Below, piece after piece: positions 26,060 to 38,680 of a stretch of DNA of 64,000 bases. A model generated the notes under the pieces. That model ran no database searches, was not told the origin of the DNA, and worked only from the letters and a program-made list of their open reading frames with translations. The translations under genes were made by a program, and so were the position numbers. Each line of letters opens with the position of its first letter. Positions within the stretch are counted from its first letter, which is position 1. Source of the DNA: Camelus dromedarius (lineage: Eukaryota). The stretch spans positions 87,360,001-87,424,000 of the forward strand of contig NC_087436.1 in the NCBI RefSeq assembly GCF_036321535.1. The letters run 5' to 3'.

Positions 26060-26290
26060 AGGAGAGCACTGACAGTGTGCTCGCCAGTCTCACATATGCT
26101 GTCCCTCTAAATCCTCACACCAACCACGAGGGGAAAGCAAGTGATTACTTTTTTTCTATTTTATGAATAGGGGAACTGAAGTTCAGAGAATTCAAGCAAT
26201 TTTCCCAAGGTCACACAGCTAGGAAATAGCTGACCTAGATGTGCATGCAAAATTCTGTGTCTGTAGTCCACACTCTTAACCACAATGCTA
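26060..26290 (-). mobile_element. MIR SINE
   Basis: ggggaactgaagttcagagaattcaagcaattttcccaaggtcacacagctagga. Confidence 0.8.
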
Positions 26291-26419
26291 CACGGCCATC
26301 TCTGGGTGGAGGGGTTAATGAGGGGAGGGGTGTGAGACAGACCGAGAAACCAGAATGTAGAGTTTCTGGTTTTAGAGTAAGGATAATTCAAGGGAGGGGT
26401 AAGAAATTCAGGAAAAATG

Positions 26420-26960
26420 AGACATGTCAAGCATGTCTAAAATGAACTCTTGATATCACCCCCCAAAACCTGATTCTCGCTGTCTTTTTCATCTCAGTCA
26501 ATGGGAGTCTACCCTTCCAGTTGTTCAGGTCAAGAACCTTGCAGCCTTCCTTGACTCTCCTCTTCTTCCTACATTCCATCCTTCAGAAAACCCTATTGAC
26601 TCCATCTTCAAAGTGCAGAATCCAACCCCTTCTGACCATTGCTCCCTGGGCTCGGCCACTATCGTGTCTCAGGTGGATCATCCCAACAGCCTCCTAACTG
26701 ATGACGCTGCTCCCACCCTCACCCTTCCTAGTCTAGTCCCCACTTGCCAACCAGAGTGATCTCCTCAAAACACAGATCAGATAATTCCTCGCTCAAAACT
26801 CACTTATGGCTCCCATCTCACTCAGAGTTCAAACCCAAGCCCTTTCAGTGGGCAGCTCCTCACCCCCTCCCAGTTCTCTGATCTTATCTCCCACTGCGTG
26901 CCCTCACTCACTTCCCTCCAGCCACACTGAGCCCCTGGCGATTCCTCAGACACAACAAGG
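26420..26960 (+). mobile_element. L2 LINE (ORF2 3' region)
   Basis: catgtctaaaatgaactcttgat...catctcagtcaatgg...aacagcctcctaactg...atggctcccatctcactcagagt. Confidence 0.85.
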
Positions 26961-27318
26961 ATGGTCTGACATCAAGGCCAATGGGGTGTGAGCTGTGTAT
27001 TACATATGTTTAAATATCACGTCCTCCACCTCTGAATGACGGGAACCAAACAACTGTCCTGAGCTCCATCCTGTGAAATTTAACACAGATAGATGGCAAT
27101 CTAATAAAATCAGGGACCTTGGTTAACACTGATTATGTAACCTGGGGATTTGGCAGAGCAATATATATTTTGATTATTAATTAAATATTTTTCCTCAATA
27201 ATCTTGACCAAAGGATGTGTTGGCTAACAAATGGAGCCATGACTTGGCCTGTTTGACACTGCAAGGATTTCCAGGTAAGGGGAGGGCGTATCCGACATTC
27301 CTTAATTCATGATTTATG

Positions 27319-27493
27319 GCAGGGGTTGGCAACATTTTTCTGTAAATGTTTCGATAATAAATATTTTAGGCTCTTGCAAGTCATTCTAGTGTGAAAGCAG
27401 ACACAAATAAGTGTGGTAACCTTTCAGTAACATTTTATTTACAGAAAATATGGTGGCCAGATTTGGTTCATGAGCTGTAATTTGCCACCCCTA
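27319..27493. mobile_element. MER58A-like hAT MITE
   Basis: Terminal inverted repeats caggggttggcaa / tttgccacccct, with aaatattttaggct. Confidence 0.8.
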
Positions 27494-28629
27494 ATCTGGG
27501 GGCACATGTGGGAGCCCAACCCAAAATGTGGAAGCACAGGTCAGATGGGATATTTCCGTAGGAGCTTCTGGCCAGAATATAATCCACATTTTTTTTCTTG
27601 TACTTTCAATGTCCAGCACCTCACCTGGCACATGGTAGATATTTGTAGAACTTTCTTAGAGTAGATTACAGAATGAATGAAGTATAGAGTTACGAGTGGG
27701 TAGATCTTTTTCTGCACCTATGGAGATCTTGCTCATTTAGACATTTATCAGACAAGCATTTACCCAGTGCCCCCATGTGCCAGTACACGGCCCAGGTGCT
27801 GAGTGAAAAAGACAGGATTTTCATCAGACTTCACAGAGCACAGAGTGTGTCTGAGGAGATAGATGTTCAAGAAGGAGTATCAGTGAAGTGTGAAAAAAGG
27901 TAGCAGGGGGCGTTTAAGGGGCTTTGGAATCATTTTGGAGGCTGGGGGACACTCTTAGGTTCATTCCAGAAACAGTGATGATGTTCAAATACCCGTCAAG
28001 CAGGATTGAGTTTGGTTCGACAGCAAAGATATGAACCCACTAAGGGGACCAGTCATTACACAAATGATGGACTTGGTGGTCTTTACAAACACTGATGAGC
28101 TGTTTAGCTACAAGCACCTGCTTTCAATAAGAGAGGCTCAAACTGATTCCATAACAGGGCTTTCCAACTGAACCAAGTGGAAATCACTTTGCGGTGAAGG
28201 GCGCATTAGGAGTTTCGAGCACCATTTTATTTCTCTTCAAGACTCTTTGAGAAAGTATTATGTTCAGAGCCAGCCCTTTAACAAAGCATTCTATTTAATC
28301 TTTTACCACTTTGATCTTTTTCTCTAAAAACTATTCCATTATTCCAAGCTTCATTTTGCCTTTTCTATAACTTCTTTATAAAATTTTCTTTAAGAGATAA
28401 AAAGCCCATTAAATGCTGTGGAGTCCTAGTCTGCCTTTAATAAAGAAAGAAACATGGAAGCCCTAATAGAAGGTCACTGCATTGCAAGAGAAGTGGATTC
28501 ACAGTGAACACGCATTTCTTTTCTTTTCTTTTTTTTCTTTTTTTTTTTGCATACATGCTGGAGGCAGTGCCTGGCTGTGACTGTAAGAAAAAGGATCCCT
28601 GCAATTTATCAGAATGACATTACTTATAC

Positions 28630-30165
28630 TCAGGGTAGTCAGACTATGACAAAAGATCTAACATTCATCTCATCAGAGTCTCAAAAAGAAAGGAAAAAGA
28701 GGGTGGAGCTGAAAAAGTACTTGAAGTAATAATGGCTGAAAAGTTCCCAACATGGCAAGTGATAGAAGTTCTCAGATACAAGGAGCTGAGTGAATCCCGA
28801 ACATAAGCAACTTAAAGGAATTAACACCAAGACACATAGTAATCAAACTTCTGAAAAACAAAGACAAAGAAAAATATCTTGAAAATAATGAGAGGGCAGC
28901 AAAGCCTTACCTAAAGGGGAAAAACAAATGGAATAGCTTTAGATTTCTCATCAGAACCCTGGAGGCCAGTGGCACAATTTCCAAATGCTTACAGAAATGA
29001 GCTATCAACCCAGAATCCTATTCCCAGTGAAAATGTCTTTCAGGAATGAGAGAGGAGTCAAAACATCCTCAGATAAAGGAGCTAAGAGAGTATGTCTCTA
29101 GCATACCTACCTTAGAGAATGGTGAACTGAAGTTCTCTAGAGAGAAAGAAAACAAGAAAGAAACCTTGGATCATTAAGAAGGAAGAAAAAACACAGAATT
29201 CAGATAAAAGTGATAGACTTTCTTCTCCCCTTGAGTTTTCTAAATTATATTTGATGGTGGAAGTCAAAAGGATAACACTGTCTGCTTTGATTCTAAATCT
29301 ATGAAGAGAAAGTATTTATAATAATTACATTATAAATGCGGAAGAGTAAAGGGACATAAAGAAAGATAAGTTTTCTGCACCTGGTTTGAACTGGTCAAAC
29401 AGCAACACCAGTAGATTGTGTTATGTATCTATAAAGTAATATTTACCACAGCCAGTAAAATATCTATATTAATATATGGTCAAAAATACTACAGATAAGT
29501 CAGAAATAGAATTCTAAAAAATGTTCAAGTAATCCGCAGAAAGGAAGGAAAAAGAAAAGTGAAGTGAAAAATAGTGGTAACAAATAAAACAAAAATTAAA
29601 ATGGTCTATTTATACACTAACATCAATAATTATGGAAATCATCTAAGTGTACCAATTAAAAGACAGAGATTGGCAGAGTGAATTTAAAACAGAACTCAAC
29701 GATATCCTGTCTGAAAGACATTCATTTCAAATATAATGATATAGGCCAGATGAAAGCAAAAGAATGGAAAAAGTTACATTATGCAAGTATTAAGCAAAGG
29801 AATGCAGGAATGGCTATTTTAAATTTAGTACCAGATAAAGCAAATTTCAGAGCCAAAAAAAAAAAAAAATTACCAGAGACAGAGAGGAAGGTATATAATG
29901 ATAGAAGGGCCAATCCATCAAGAAAACAGTAATCCAAATGTGTATGCAATGCAGGTACCAAATATGTGAAGCAAAAGTGATAGATCTAAAAGGAGAAACA
30001 GACATCTGCAATCATTGGTGACTTCAATGTGCTCTCTTACAATTGATAGAATAAAATTAGCAAATCCATAGAAGAACTCAACAACACCATCGACCAACAA
30101 GGTATACCCGACATTTATAAAACACTGTACACAGCAGCAGCAGAATACCCATTCTTTTCAGACTT
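28630..30165 (+). mobile_element. Old LINE-1 internal fragment: ORF1 3' part, spacer and ORF2 endonuclease N-terminus (decayed)
   Basis: ORF 29678-29932 (STISCLKDIHFKYNDIGQMKAKEWKKLHYAS..AGMAIL..DKANF) resembles the L1 EN domain (TICCLQETH..KVKGWKKIYHAN..AGVAIL..DK). Multiple stops and frameshifts. Confidence 0.9.
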
Positions 30166-30892
30166 AAATTCAACTCCCTCTCTTTAGTCCATTTGGCTAG
30201 CAGCCTCATTTTCTGAAATTAAATTTGGGAACACAGGTATGGATAGAGCAGAAAAGCAGGAATTTTCAACAGGTCTTAAAGTTCAGTATCTTGATTTCAT
30301 AGGTGTTGGAGAATCTTGGCCCAAAATTTTAGCAAGAAGTTTCCCTTTAGGTTTTCTTCACAGTCTTTCTGTTCTTATTGGCACAAATATTATTTGTATA
30401 CTTCATTTGTAGTCTATGTTTTGCAGCTACTCTAGAGCAAAAAATATGCTGATTGAAAAATGAAACAACGGAAATGGGTGGGATGACCTATTACCCCCTT
30501 TTCTAATTTTATTTACAGTGGTTCCATTAATAAAGATGAGTTTTGCAGAAGCAGATATCATCTGAAATAATTTCTGTTCCAAGTTCCAGACACCTCTTGT
30601 TCTGAAATGGAGGCATATTTTTGTGTTCATAGTGAGACATTTCCAAGCAGTCAGAAATATCTCACATAATTAAAAGTCCTTCCAAATCACTTTAACTTTT
30701 GGGCAGTTTCATGAATCATACATATTTAGGCTAAAAGGCCAAACCACATCATTATTGTATCGCCACTGAATTTTGAACGCAGATGCAATGAGGGTAGTTA
30801 TCACTGCCTATGGAAATTGTTTGCATATCTTAAGAAAAAGACCAATATATATATATATATTTTCACTTTATATCTTCAGTGCCAGTTAAGTG

Positions 30893-31410
30893 TCTATTGG
30901 TTATTTGTTTCTGTATAACAAATTACCCCAAAACTTGGTGGCTTGGCACATCAACATTTATTGTGTCACAGTTTCTGTGGGTCTGAAATCTGGGTGTGGC
31001 TTAGCTGGGTCCTCTGAATCTACGTCTCTCACAAGCTGGCATGAAGATGGCAACCTGGGCTGCAGCCAACACGGGGCGCGACTGGGGCAGAATACACTCC
31101 CCAGCTCATTCACACAGTTCACAGGATCCCGTGTTTGCTCACAGTGCAGCCACTTACTTCATCAGACAGAGTAAGCAAGTGAGAAGAGGCCAGAGGGAAA
31201 GACAGACAGACAGACAGAATGACAGAATGAGAGCAAGACGGAAGTCACAGTCTTTTGTAACCCAATCTTGTAAGTGACATCAGATTACTTGCTGCATTTT
31301 TTTTTTTCTGTCAGAAGCAAGTCACTAAGCCTTCCCACACGCCACTGTGAAGGAATATGTAAATGCATAGTGCCAGGAGGCAGAGGCAGATGGGAGACAC
31401 TGTCTACCTC
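30893..31410 (-). mobile_element. MLT1 (MaLR) LTR
   Basis: ctgtataacaaattaccccaaaacttggtggctt...catttattgtgtcacagtttctgtgggtctgaaatctgggtgtggcttagctgggtcctct. Confidence 0.85.
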
Positions 31411-32746
31411 ATGATGCCCGTATCTTTGTTGAATGAATGAAAAATTGGATAAATGACATTATATATTCTGATGCCAATCCTTACAAAGGAGCAAACTGTG
31501 TGACACCCTTGACAAAGTCAGTCCATCTGATGGAACACTCCTGGGTCAATGTGCATTTCAATGAAGGTCCATTCTTGGAAGGCTCTAACTGTAGGAGAGT
31601 GAGATGTTCCCGCAGTTTTGTTGAGTCAGTGGGACATGGGGAGGGCACTTCCTTAAAATGTTTATTTGTTTCTGGTTGGGATCTGACAATCTGGCTGTGG
31701 AAGGTAAACATTTCCAGTCAGCTGCTACTGACTCACTCAAGAAGATTAGGGCTTATAAAAATCTTGGGCATATTCAAAAAGAAAAATCTTTCCTTAATTA
31801 AACATAAAAAGGCTGTTAACAACCCAAGGAAAATCCCCGCTCGGAATCAATAAATTGGTCCAACAAAGACACAAGAAAGACTTCAGACTAATACATGAGT
31901 GAGTACTAACATCAAATATCCAATAACCTTTGGAATTATCTATCTCAGTGAGTCCAGTGTGGATGCTGGAGGCAGGAGCTGTGCTCCTGGCTACGCCAAA
32001 CACCATGCCTGAACCAGCCTCAAGGTGAGAGCCACTGGAAACAAAAATCATTCCTATAAAAAGCCTGCAGCACAATTCTCGGAATGTTCCTATTGTCTTC
32101 CACCTGGGATTTTGTGACTGTTGATTGTGCCAGATTTCCATACAAAGCCCTGCTCTAGCCAGGAATAGCCCCACCAGCATCAAAGTTAGGTGGTGACCAC
32201 TGGATGCCCTCGGAGGCTGGGGAATCCTGGCCCTGCCCAAATGGCCCCCACCCCCCTTTCCCTCACTGGTCTGCAACAGTCTCTGAGACCCCAGTCATCA
32301 CTCACGGAGCCGATGCAGAATCTAAGTAGGAGATATCCCTTTAAAGGTATCTCACCCAGGGGAGACAAACAACAACTCATAAATAAAGATCAATATGTCA
32401 GATTCCAAGCCAGTAAGCTGGTAAGTGAAGCTCCTGAGCATAAAATGTGGGGCAAAGCAGTTGGGGCTGTGTCTGGAGCACTCTGGGAGGTCTGGCTGAG
32501 TGCCTTGGGGCTGCCTGCCAACAGGAGAGAGTAGCCCCTGCCCCAGCTCTGCCAGCCCCCCACTGTTTCATACCAACTGTATCAAGCACGTGATCTCTGC
32601 ACCATCTCACAATCCCAATGGGGATTATTGCTATCACGTTACAGATGAGAAAGCCAAGGTTCAGGGGACAAAGGGACAGGAGCAGTAGGAGCCAGGATTT
32701 GAGAGCAGCCTTTTCTAGTGTTATCGCTATAACTACTACTGGGGTC

Positions 32747-33217
32747 TGTGCTGGGCTGAATAGTGTCCCCCCTACCAACAAATCTTGTCCATTCAGAACC
32801 TCAGCTTGTGAGCTCATTTGGAAATAGGGTCTCGGTAGATGTGATCAGTTATATTAAAATGAGCTCGTACTGAACTGGAGTGGGCCCTAAATCCAATCAC
32901 TGGGGTCTTTATAAGAGGAAGGAGGGGGAGATTCAGACCTACAGGCACATACGCACAGGGAAGAAGGCCATGTGGAGATGGAGGCAGGGACTGGAGGGAG
33001 GCTGCTGCAACCCGAGGATCTCCGAGGAATGCCAGGAGCCACCAGGAACCAGGAAGAGGAGAGGAACTTTTCTTCCCTAGAACCTTTAGAGGGCACATGG
33101 CCCTGCCAACACTTTATTTAGGGCTTCTGGACTCCAGAACTGTGAAAGAATAAACTTCTGTTGTTATGAGCCACTTCGTTTGTGGTACTCTGCTGTGGCA
33201 GTCCTAGGAAACTAACA
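32747..33217 (+). mobile_element. Full-length MLT1B/C-like (MaLR) solo LTR
   Basis: tgtgctgggctgaatagtgtcccc...atttggaaatagggtc...ccagaactgtgaaagaataaacttctgttgtt...ggaaactaaca. Confidence 0.9.
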
Positions 33218-34079
33218 GGATTCCCTGAAATGGACACAAGCCCAAGTGTCCTACGCCACTATTGCCAGGACTTGTAATCACACCATTTACAGCCGAGGAC
33301 CCCAGATAAACATTTCCCAAGCAGAACCCTCCCACTGCAGTCATTTCCTTTCCTGTTTCCCCTTACTCTCTTCTTTTGGATCCAGGGTTTTTTTTTTGTT
33401 TGTTTGTTTGTTTGTTTTGGTTTGTTTTTGGGGTATTTTTTGTGGTATCAGGACTCACATTTTTACATGGCACAAGGACCCCTGGGCTGGTAAGAAGTTC
33501 AGTCCTAGACCACAATGCTGACCTGCCCTCATCATCTTTCAAGCATCCCTTATTTCTTCTCACCTGATCAGGTGAGTCCTACTTAAGGTGCCCCATGCTG
33601 GGTGCCATATATCCCCGCCACCCAGGTACTCCTGGCCTGTGAGATCCATGTTTCTGGCTCATAGTAGCATGAAGATAGGTTATGGGATTTTATTCAAAGG
33701 CAACAACATTCTTTCCTCTTATCTATGGTATATTTTCTAAAGAACGTTCATAGTACCAAGTTTGTGGACGTCACCACAGAGAACCAGATTTTGAAGAAAA
33801 TTTCACTGGGCTGCCTTCTTCCATAGAGCTGAAAAAAAAAAAAAAAGGCAGTCTGGCTATTGTCCTTGGTAAATCTTGTTCCAGCAAGTTCTGCATCCAC
33901 TTAACTTTATGAATTTGGGTTCTGTGGTTTGGAGTCCATCCCTGTTCCCCCACCACCTTTTTCTCAATTTAAACCCTTTTAATCCAGGATTTCAGACAAA
34001 GCTGGGGGCTGGGGAAGTTAAATGGAGCAGGGTATTTTTTGTCTCTTGCTGCCCCCTGCTGGGCAAGTCATTGCTTGTA

Positions 34080-34156
34080 TTTTTTTTCTTTCTTTTTCTT
34101 TCTTTCCTTCCTTCCTTTCTTCCTTCCTTCCTTTCTTCCTTCCTTCCTCCCTCCCC

Positions 34157-34250
<94 letters not shown>

Positions 34251-34342
34251 CTCTTTCTCTCTTTCTCTCTTTCTCTCTCTTTCTCTCTTTCTCTCTTTCT
34301 CTTTCTCTCTTTCTCTCTTTCTCTTTCTCTCTTTCTCTCTTC

Positions 34343-34434
<92 letters not shown>

Positions 34435-34593
34435 TCTATCTTTCTTTCCTTCCTTCCTTCCTTTCTTCCTTTCTTCCTTCCTTCCTCCCTCCCCTCTTTC
34501 TTTCTTTCTCTCTTCCCTTCCTTCCTTCCTTCCATTCTTTCTTCCTTCCATTTTTCCTTCCTTCGTTCCTCCCTCCTTCTTTCTTTCTTTCTT
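34080..34593. repeat. Compound polypyrimidine microsatellite (TTCC)n/(TTTC)n/(TC)n
   Basis: 514 nt with only four purines (34438, 34534, 34550, 34565). Confidence 0.98.
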
Positions 34594-36099
34594 AACTAAG
34601 GAAATAAATGGACAGGTTCCTGGGGTGGGATGGGTGAGGGAAAAGCAAATGTCTTAGGGGAGACAGAGGGTCAGACAACTTCCATTATTTAAGATTCTCA
34701 GTTTATTATTCTTTTTAATGAAGAAATGGAAGTTGGGATATTTAAAATATACTTATACTTAGCAGATTAGTATTTTTAAACACACACAAATATAAAATAC
34801 TGTAGTGGTGCATCCACAAAATCATTAGATTTGTAAAAGCGTCAATCGAAAGCACACTGCCAGTGTCTTGGCCCAGTGACTGGATGGCCCAGGAGTTTTC
34901 TTTCAGTCTTAACACATCTTGGTCTTTGTCTGCATCAGGCACCGCAATCGGGATTATGGCGAGGCTTTCTGCACAGTGAGGTGAGGAAACTGGCTCTCAG
35001 AGAGACTCCAGTGAGGGGCATGAGGCTTCCCAACACCCCCACAACCAAGGTGAAAGTAGTGTGTCCCGCTTCCCCTGGGCACCACGTTAGAAAAGTCAGG
35101 GTAGGAAGGCCTCTTCCATGCCTCTGTCTACGGCTTCTCTGGGCTGGCCCCGGGCTGAAGGCCATCAGGGGATACTGGAGCCAAGCCCTCATTCCAGAAC
35201 TTGGCGGCAAGAGCAGAAGGAAGGCCCCGGAGACAGCGTCTCCACAGCCAGCTGCCCGAAAGGAGAAAACCAGGCCCTGCCTCTGTTTCTGATGCGGATG
35301 AACAAGGATTTCTGTTCACGATTCAGACCACGAACCTCACCCGGAGAGTCCAGGCCTTTTGGGAAAAAGCAGTTTCCTACCAGCAGGGGCCAGCTCACCA
35401 TGCTGTGCAGACTAAGAGTCCTGCTGCTTCTGGATCTGTTCCACCCGCTTCCCTTCCCCACTGCATTCTGTCACTCAGTGGGCGCCCAAACATCATTCAG
35501 TTAGCAATATTATTTGTTTCTTTTTCACTGTCAGTCAGTTGAAATTGGCTTTATCATCTAAATGTGTTGATCCAAAATGCTCAGACAGTGAATCAGACTC
35601 AGATCTAACGAGGCTGGTTTGAAGGATCTAATGGAAGTGACAATGTATGTTGCTCTTCTCACCTGAGCGTGTGGGTTCAAGTTCAAACCCACACGCTCGT
35701 TTGTCTGGACGTCTCGTATTCCACTAGGTATCCCCTAATCAAGATCCTAACCCAGAACCTTCCTCCAGATCTAATTCTGTCTCATAAGCCTCCCTGGTTG
35801 TAACTGAGAACAAGGGGTTAAAACCTTTTGTTGCAATTTAACATTGCTACAACATTGCCCAGCAAAATCAAGGGACTTGTGTCCTGGAATTGAGTAGAGG
35901 ACACTGGGGTGTTGACAAAGTCAAGTGGTGGGTGCTGTGAGGATGCACTAATCACGGCCATTAAAATTACATATTGGTCTGAGATGAATTGGGGAAAAAA
36001 ATCCAATCTTTCATTACAGATAGTTTTAAAGACATGGGAGCAACCACTGTCTCACCTGAAGGGAGGCTACCATGGCCTCCACGTGTGTGGAGACTTACT

Positions 36100-36700
36100 A
36101 GGTTCTCTTCCCCCATTAGAATGTGAGTTCCAGGAGAGCGCGGCTTCTGCTGTCCTGCTTGCCACAGCACCCAATGCCAGAGTGGTGACTGGCGCAGAAT
36201 AAGGAGGCACTCAATACATTTTTGTTAATGTTCCCCCAGCCCCTGGTCAGGAACCACCTAAACCCAACACATTTGCTCTGCTGCAGTCAGAACAATCTTT
36301 TCAAAACTCCAATCTGATCAAGACCCTTCCATATTGAAGGCCCTTCAATGACTCCTTCGTTGTCCAGGTCAAGTCAAAAGCTCTTCAGGAACCTAATAAG
36401 GGCGTTGACCTGTCTTCCAGTCATGTCGAACCCTTCCATCTTGCTAAAGGGCCATGCTTTCCAGCCTCCGGGTGTTCATCCAGCCACTTCCCTCTGCCTG
36501 GGACTCTCACGGCTCCCCTCGGCCAGCCACGACCCCTTCAGCTCCCAGCTCAGCTGGAGCTCCCACCGAGAAGCCCCCGGGTGGGCGCTGAGCACATCCT
36601 CCTGCAGTTACTCTCCTGTCCGCCCACTTGAAGGTGGTCTGTGCTTCCTTGTCCACCACTATCTCCACTCCAGTGAAAGACGATACTCATCGTGTAACTG
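36100..36700 (+). mobile_element. L2 fragments
   Basis: tagaatgtgagttccaggagagc...aggcactcaatacattt and aaggcccttcaatgactcc. Confidence 0.6.
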
Positions 36701-38200
36701 GTGGGCAAGAAGCACGACGGTGTTCATGAAACAGAGGTGAGCAGGGCTGGTGGTTTTAAGTAAGGGGGTGGGGCAGGGAGGGCAACCACCTTTCACTCTT
36801 TGGCGGCGAGTCAAGTGGGGCAAACAGGTTCAAGTTCAGACACTCACCAGCTGGGAGGCTGTGTTTATGTAACATCTCTGTGCCTCAGTTTCCGTCTGTA
36901 ACATGGGGCTCATGATTGTACCCGGATAAAATGAAGTAGGGCTCTTACCACAGAGCCCAACAATTAATGCTTAACCTGCATTAATGAAATGCTTAATTAA
37001 TGTTGTTCGTGATTATTAGCCATTACTTCTGAAAGCTCTGGCATTCTCTTCATTTTTAAGCTGCCACGACCTTCTCTAAGGGCTTCCACTGCACAAGACG
37101 TGGTACAAACAGGCATCTCTCTTTTCCTGCTCGTTCCTTAGTGGTCCCCCATGGAAGGGTGCTGGCTGCTAATCATTATTCTGTCTTCAAAATAGCAAAT
37201 ATGAGCATATTACACCAAGAAGAGACACCTTATAAGATTCTTAAACTAACTACTCACTTTCTTATATGATTTCCTGAAACCCAAATTCTCTATTTTATTC
37301 TGGAGGTTGGGGAGGGGGCATTGTAATTAAAATTTATCCAAACTCTCTTCTCTTTCAGGCTTTTTTGAAGGCTCCTTTTTTTCAGAATTGAACCGAAAAG
37401 TAAGTTTGATGAGGAAATCCTTCTCTGTGCTTGCAAGTCTCAAGTGGGTGATTGTATCTGGAAGCACTGTGGGTGCCCTCTGCCATAATGATGCCAATAG
37501 CAATAATAAAATTAACAGCCATAAAACCATTTACTGATGGCACTTGTTACTCCAGGAAAAACATTACAATTCTCATTTCACTGCAGTAAGTGGCAGAAGC
37601 TGGCTTTGAAAGCCAAGTTTAAACTTGTATTACAGAAAAGGTCCCAGGATAAGCTTTCCTCACCCAGGACTGTATGATTTTGTGCCAAGCAATGCAGTGT
37701 CTCATACAGGTCTCTCCTGGTCAACCACCAGTTCCGTCCTGTCCCTTCGATCCAGGAGTGCTGCTAGGGACAGGCCGTATTCAGCTCCTGGAACTGTGTG
37801 TGCACACGAGGCAGGGCATGCAGTGGATACGTGCATCTGTGTGCATGCATGCACATGTGTGTATTTGCTGTAGTTCAAGTCCCTGGCCGTGTTTTGTATG
37901 CTAACCAATTCCCCTTATTTCATTTTTAGTTCACCCTTTCAAAATTAAGCAAACACAATCTGTTTGATAGACAGAATGAAATAGATAATTTAGGCTTTTC
38001 TTAAAAAATGGATTCACTCTAAATTTGAGCAGAGGGGATAGAGCTGGTTTGGACTCTGGGCTGACCCTGGACGTGGAAACTCTCTGTGCAGAAATTTGTA
38101 TCCTGACATATTAATTGAAAGAATAAAAGTTTTCTTAAGCAGTGACCTGAACAGATAAGCTTTAAAAATGCTGAAATGACAGCCTGATGGTGATTTAGTT

Positions 38201-38516
38201 CAGTGGTTCTCAAACTTAAGTGTATATCAGAACCACCTAAAGGTCTTATTAAAACACGGATTGCTGCTGAGGGGTGGCAATCTCTCCCTAGAGTTTCCGA
38301 TTCAGTAGGTCTGGGATGGGGCTCGAGAATCTGCATTTCTTTGTTTTAATTGTTTTTACTTAATTTTTTTTAATGGAGGTTCTGGGGATTGAACCTAGGA
38401 CCTCACGCATGCTAAGCATGTGCTCTACCACTGAGCTGTACCCTCCTCTAAGAATCTGGATTTCTGACAAGCTCTCAGATGATGTTGGTCTGGGGGGCAC
38501 ACTTTGAGAACCACTA
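38201..38516. mobile_element. MER5A (hAT-Charlie) interrupted by a SINE
   Basis: Terminal inverted repeats cagtggttctcaaa / tttgagaaccact, with gattcagtaggtctgggatggggc..gagaatctgcatttct. Confidence 0.9.
38341..38450 (-). mobile_element. Vic-1-type tRNA-Ala-derived SINE
   Basis: Minus strand gaggagggtacagctcagtggtagagcacatgcttagcatgcgtgaggtcctaggttcaatccccagaacctcca. TSD agaatctg(c/g)atttct at 38326-38340 and 38451-38465. Confidence 0.92.
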
Positions 38517-38522
38517 ATTAGA

Positions 38523-38680
38523 CCACTGGTTCTGAGACTTGGTGCCATAAAAATTAATGATGCCTGGACCCCAGCCCCAGTGACTCATTTAATTTGTATG
38601 GAGGATGACCTGGGCATAAGAGATTTTTTTTAAAGCTCCCCAGGTGACGGTAATGTGTAACAAAATTTAAGAACCACTGG
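38523..38680. mobile_element. Second MER5-family element
   Basis: cactggttct...gatgcctggacccca...aagctccccaggtga...ttaagaaccactg. Confidence 0.75.

Noticed and set aside
33876..34657. Five long ORFs (155-239 aa; F/L/S-rich or K/E/R-rich)
   Set aside because: They are translations of a stop-free pyrimidine microsatellite, not genes.
38372..38448. tRNA-Ala(AGC)-like sequences (also 4280-4352 and 47715-47790)
   Set aside because: A-rich tails, TSDs at two copies and disrupted stems show they are SINEs, not tRNA genes.
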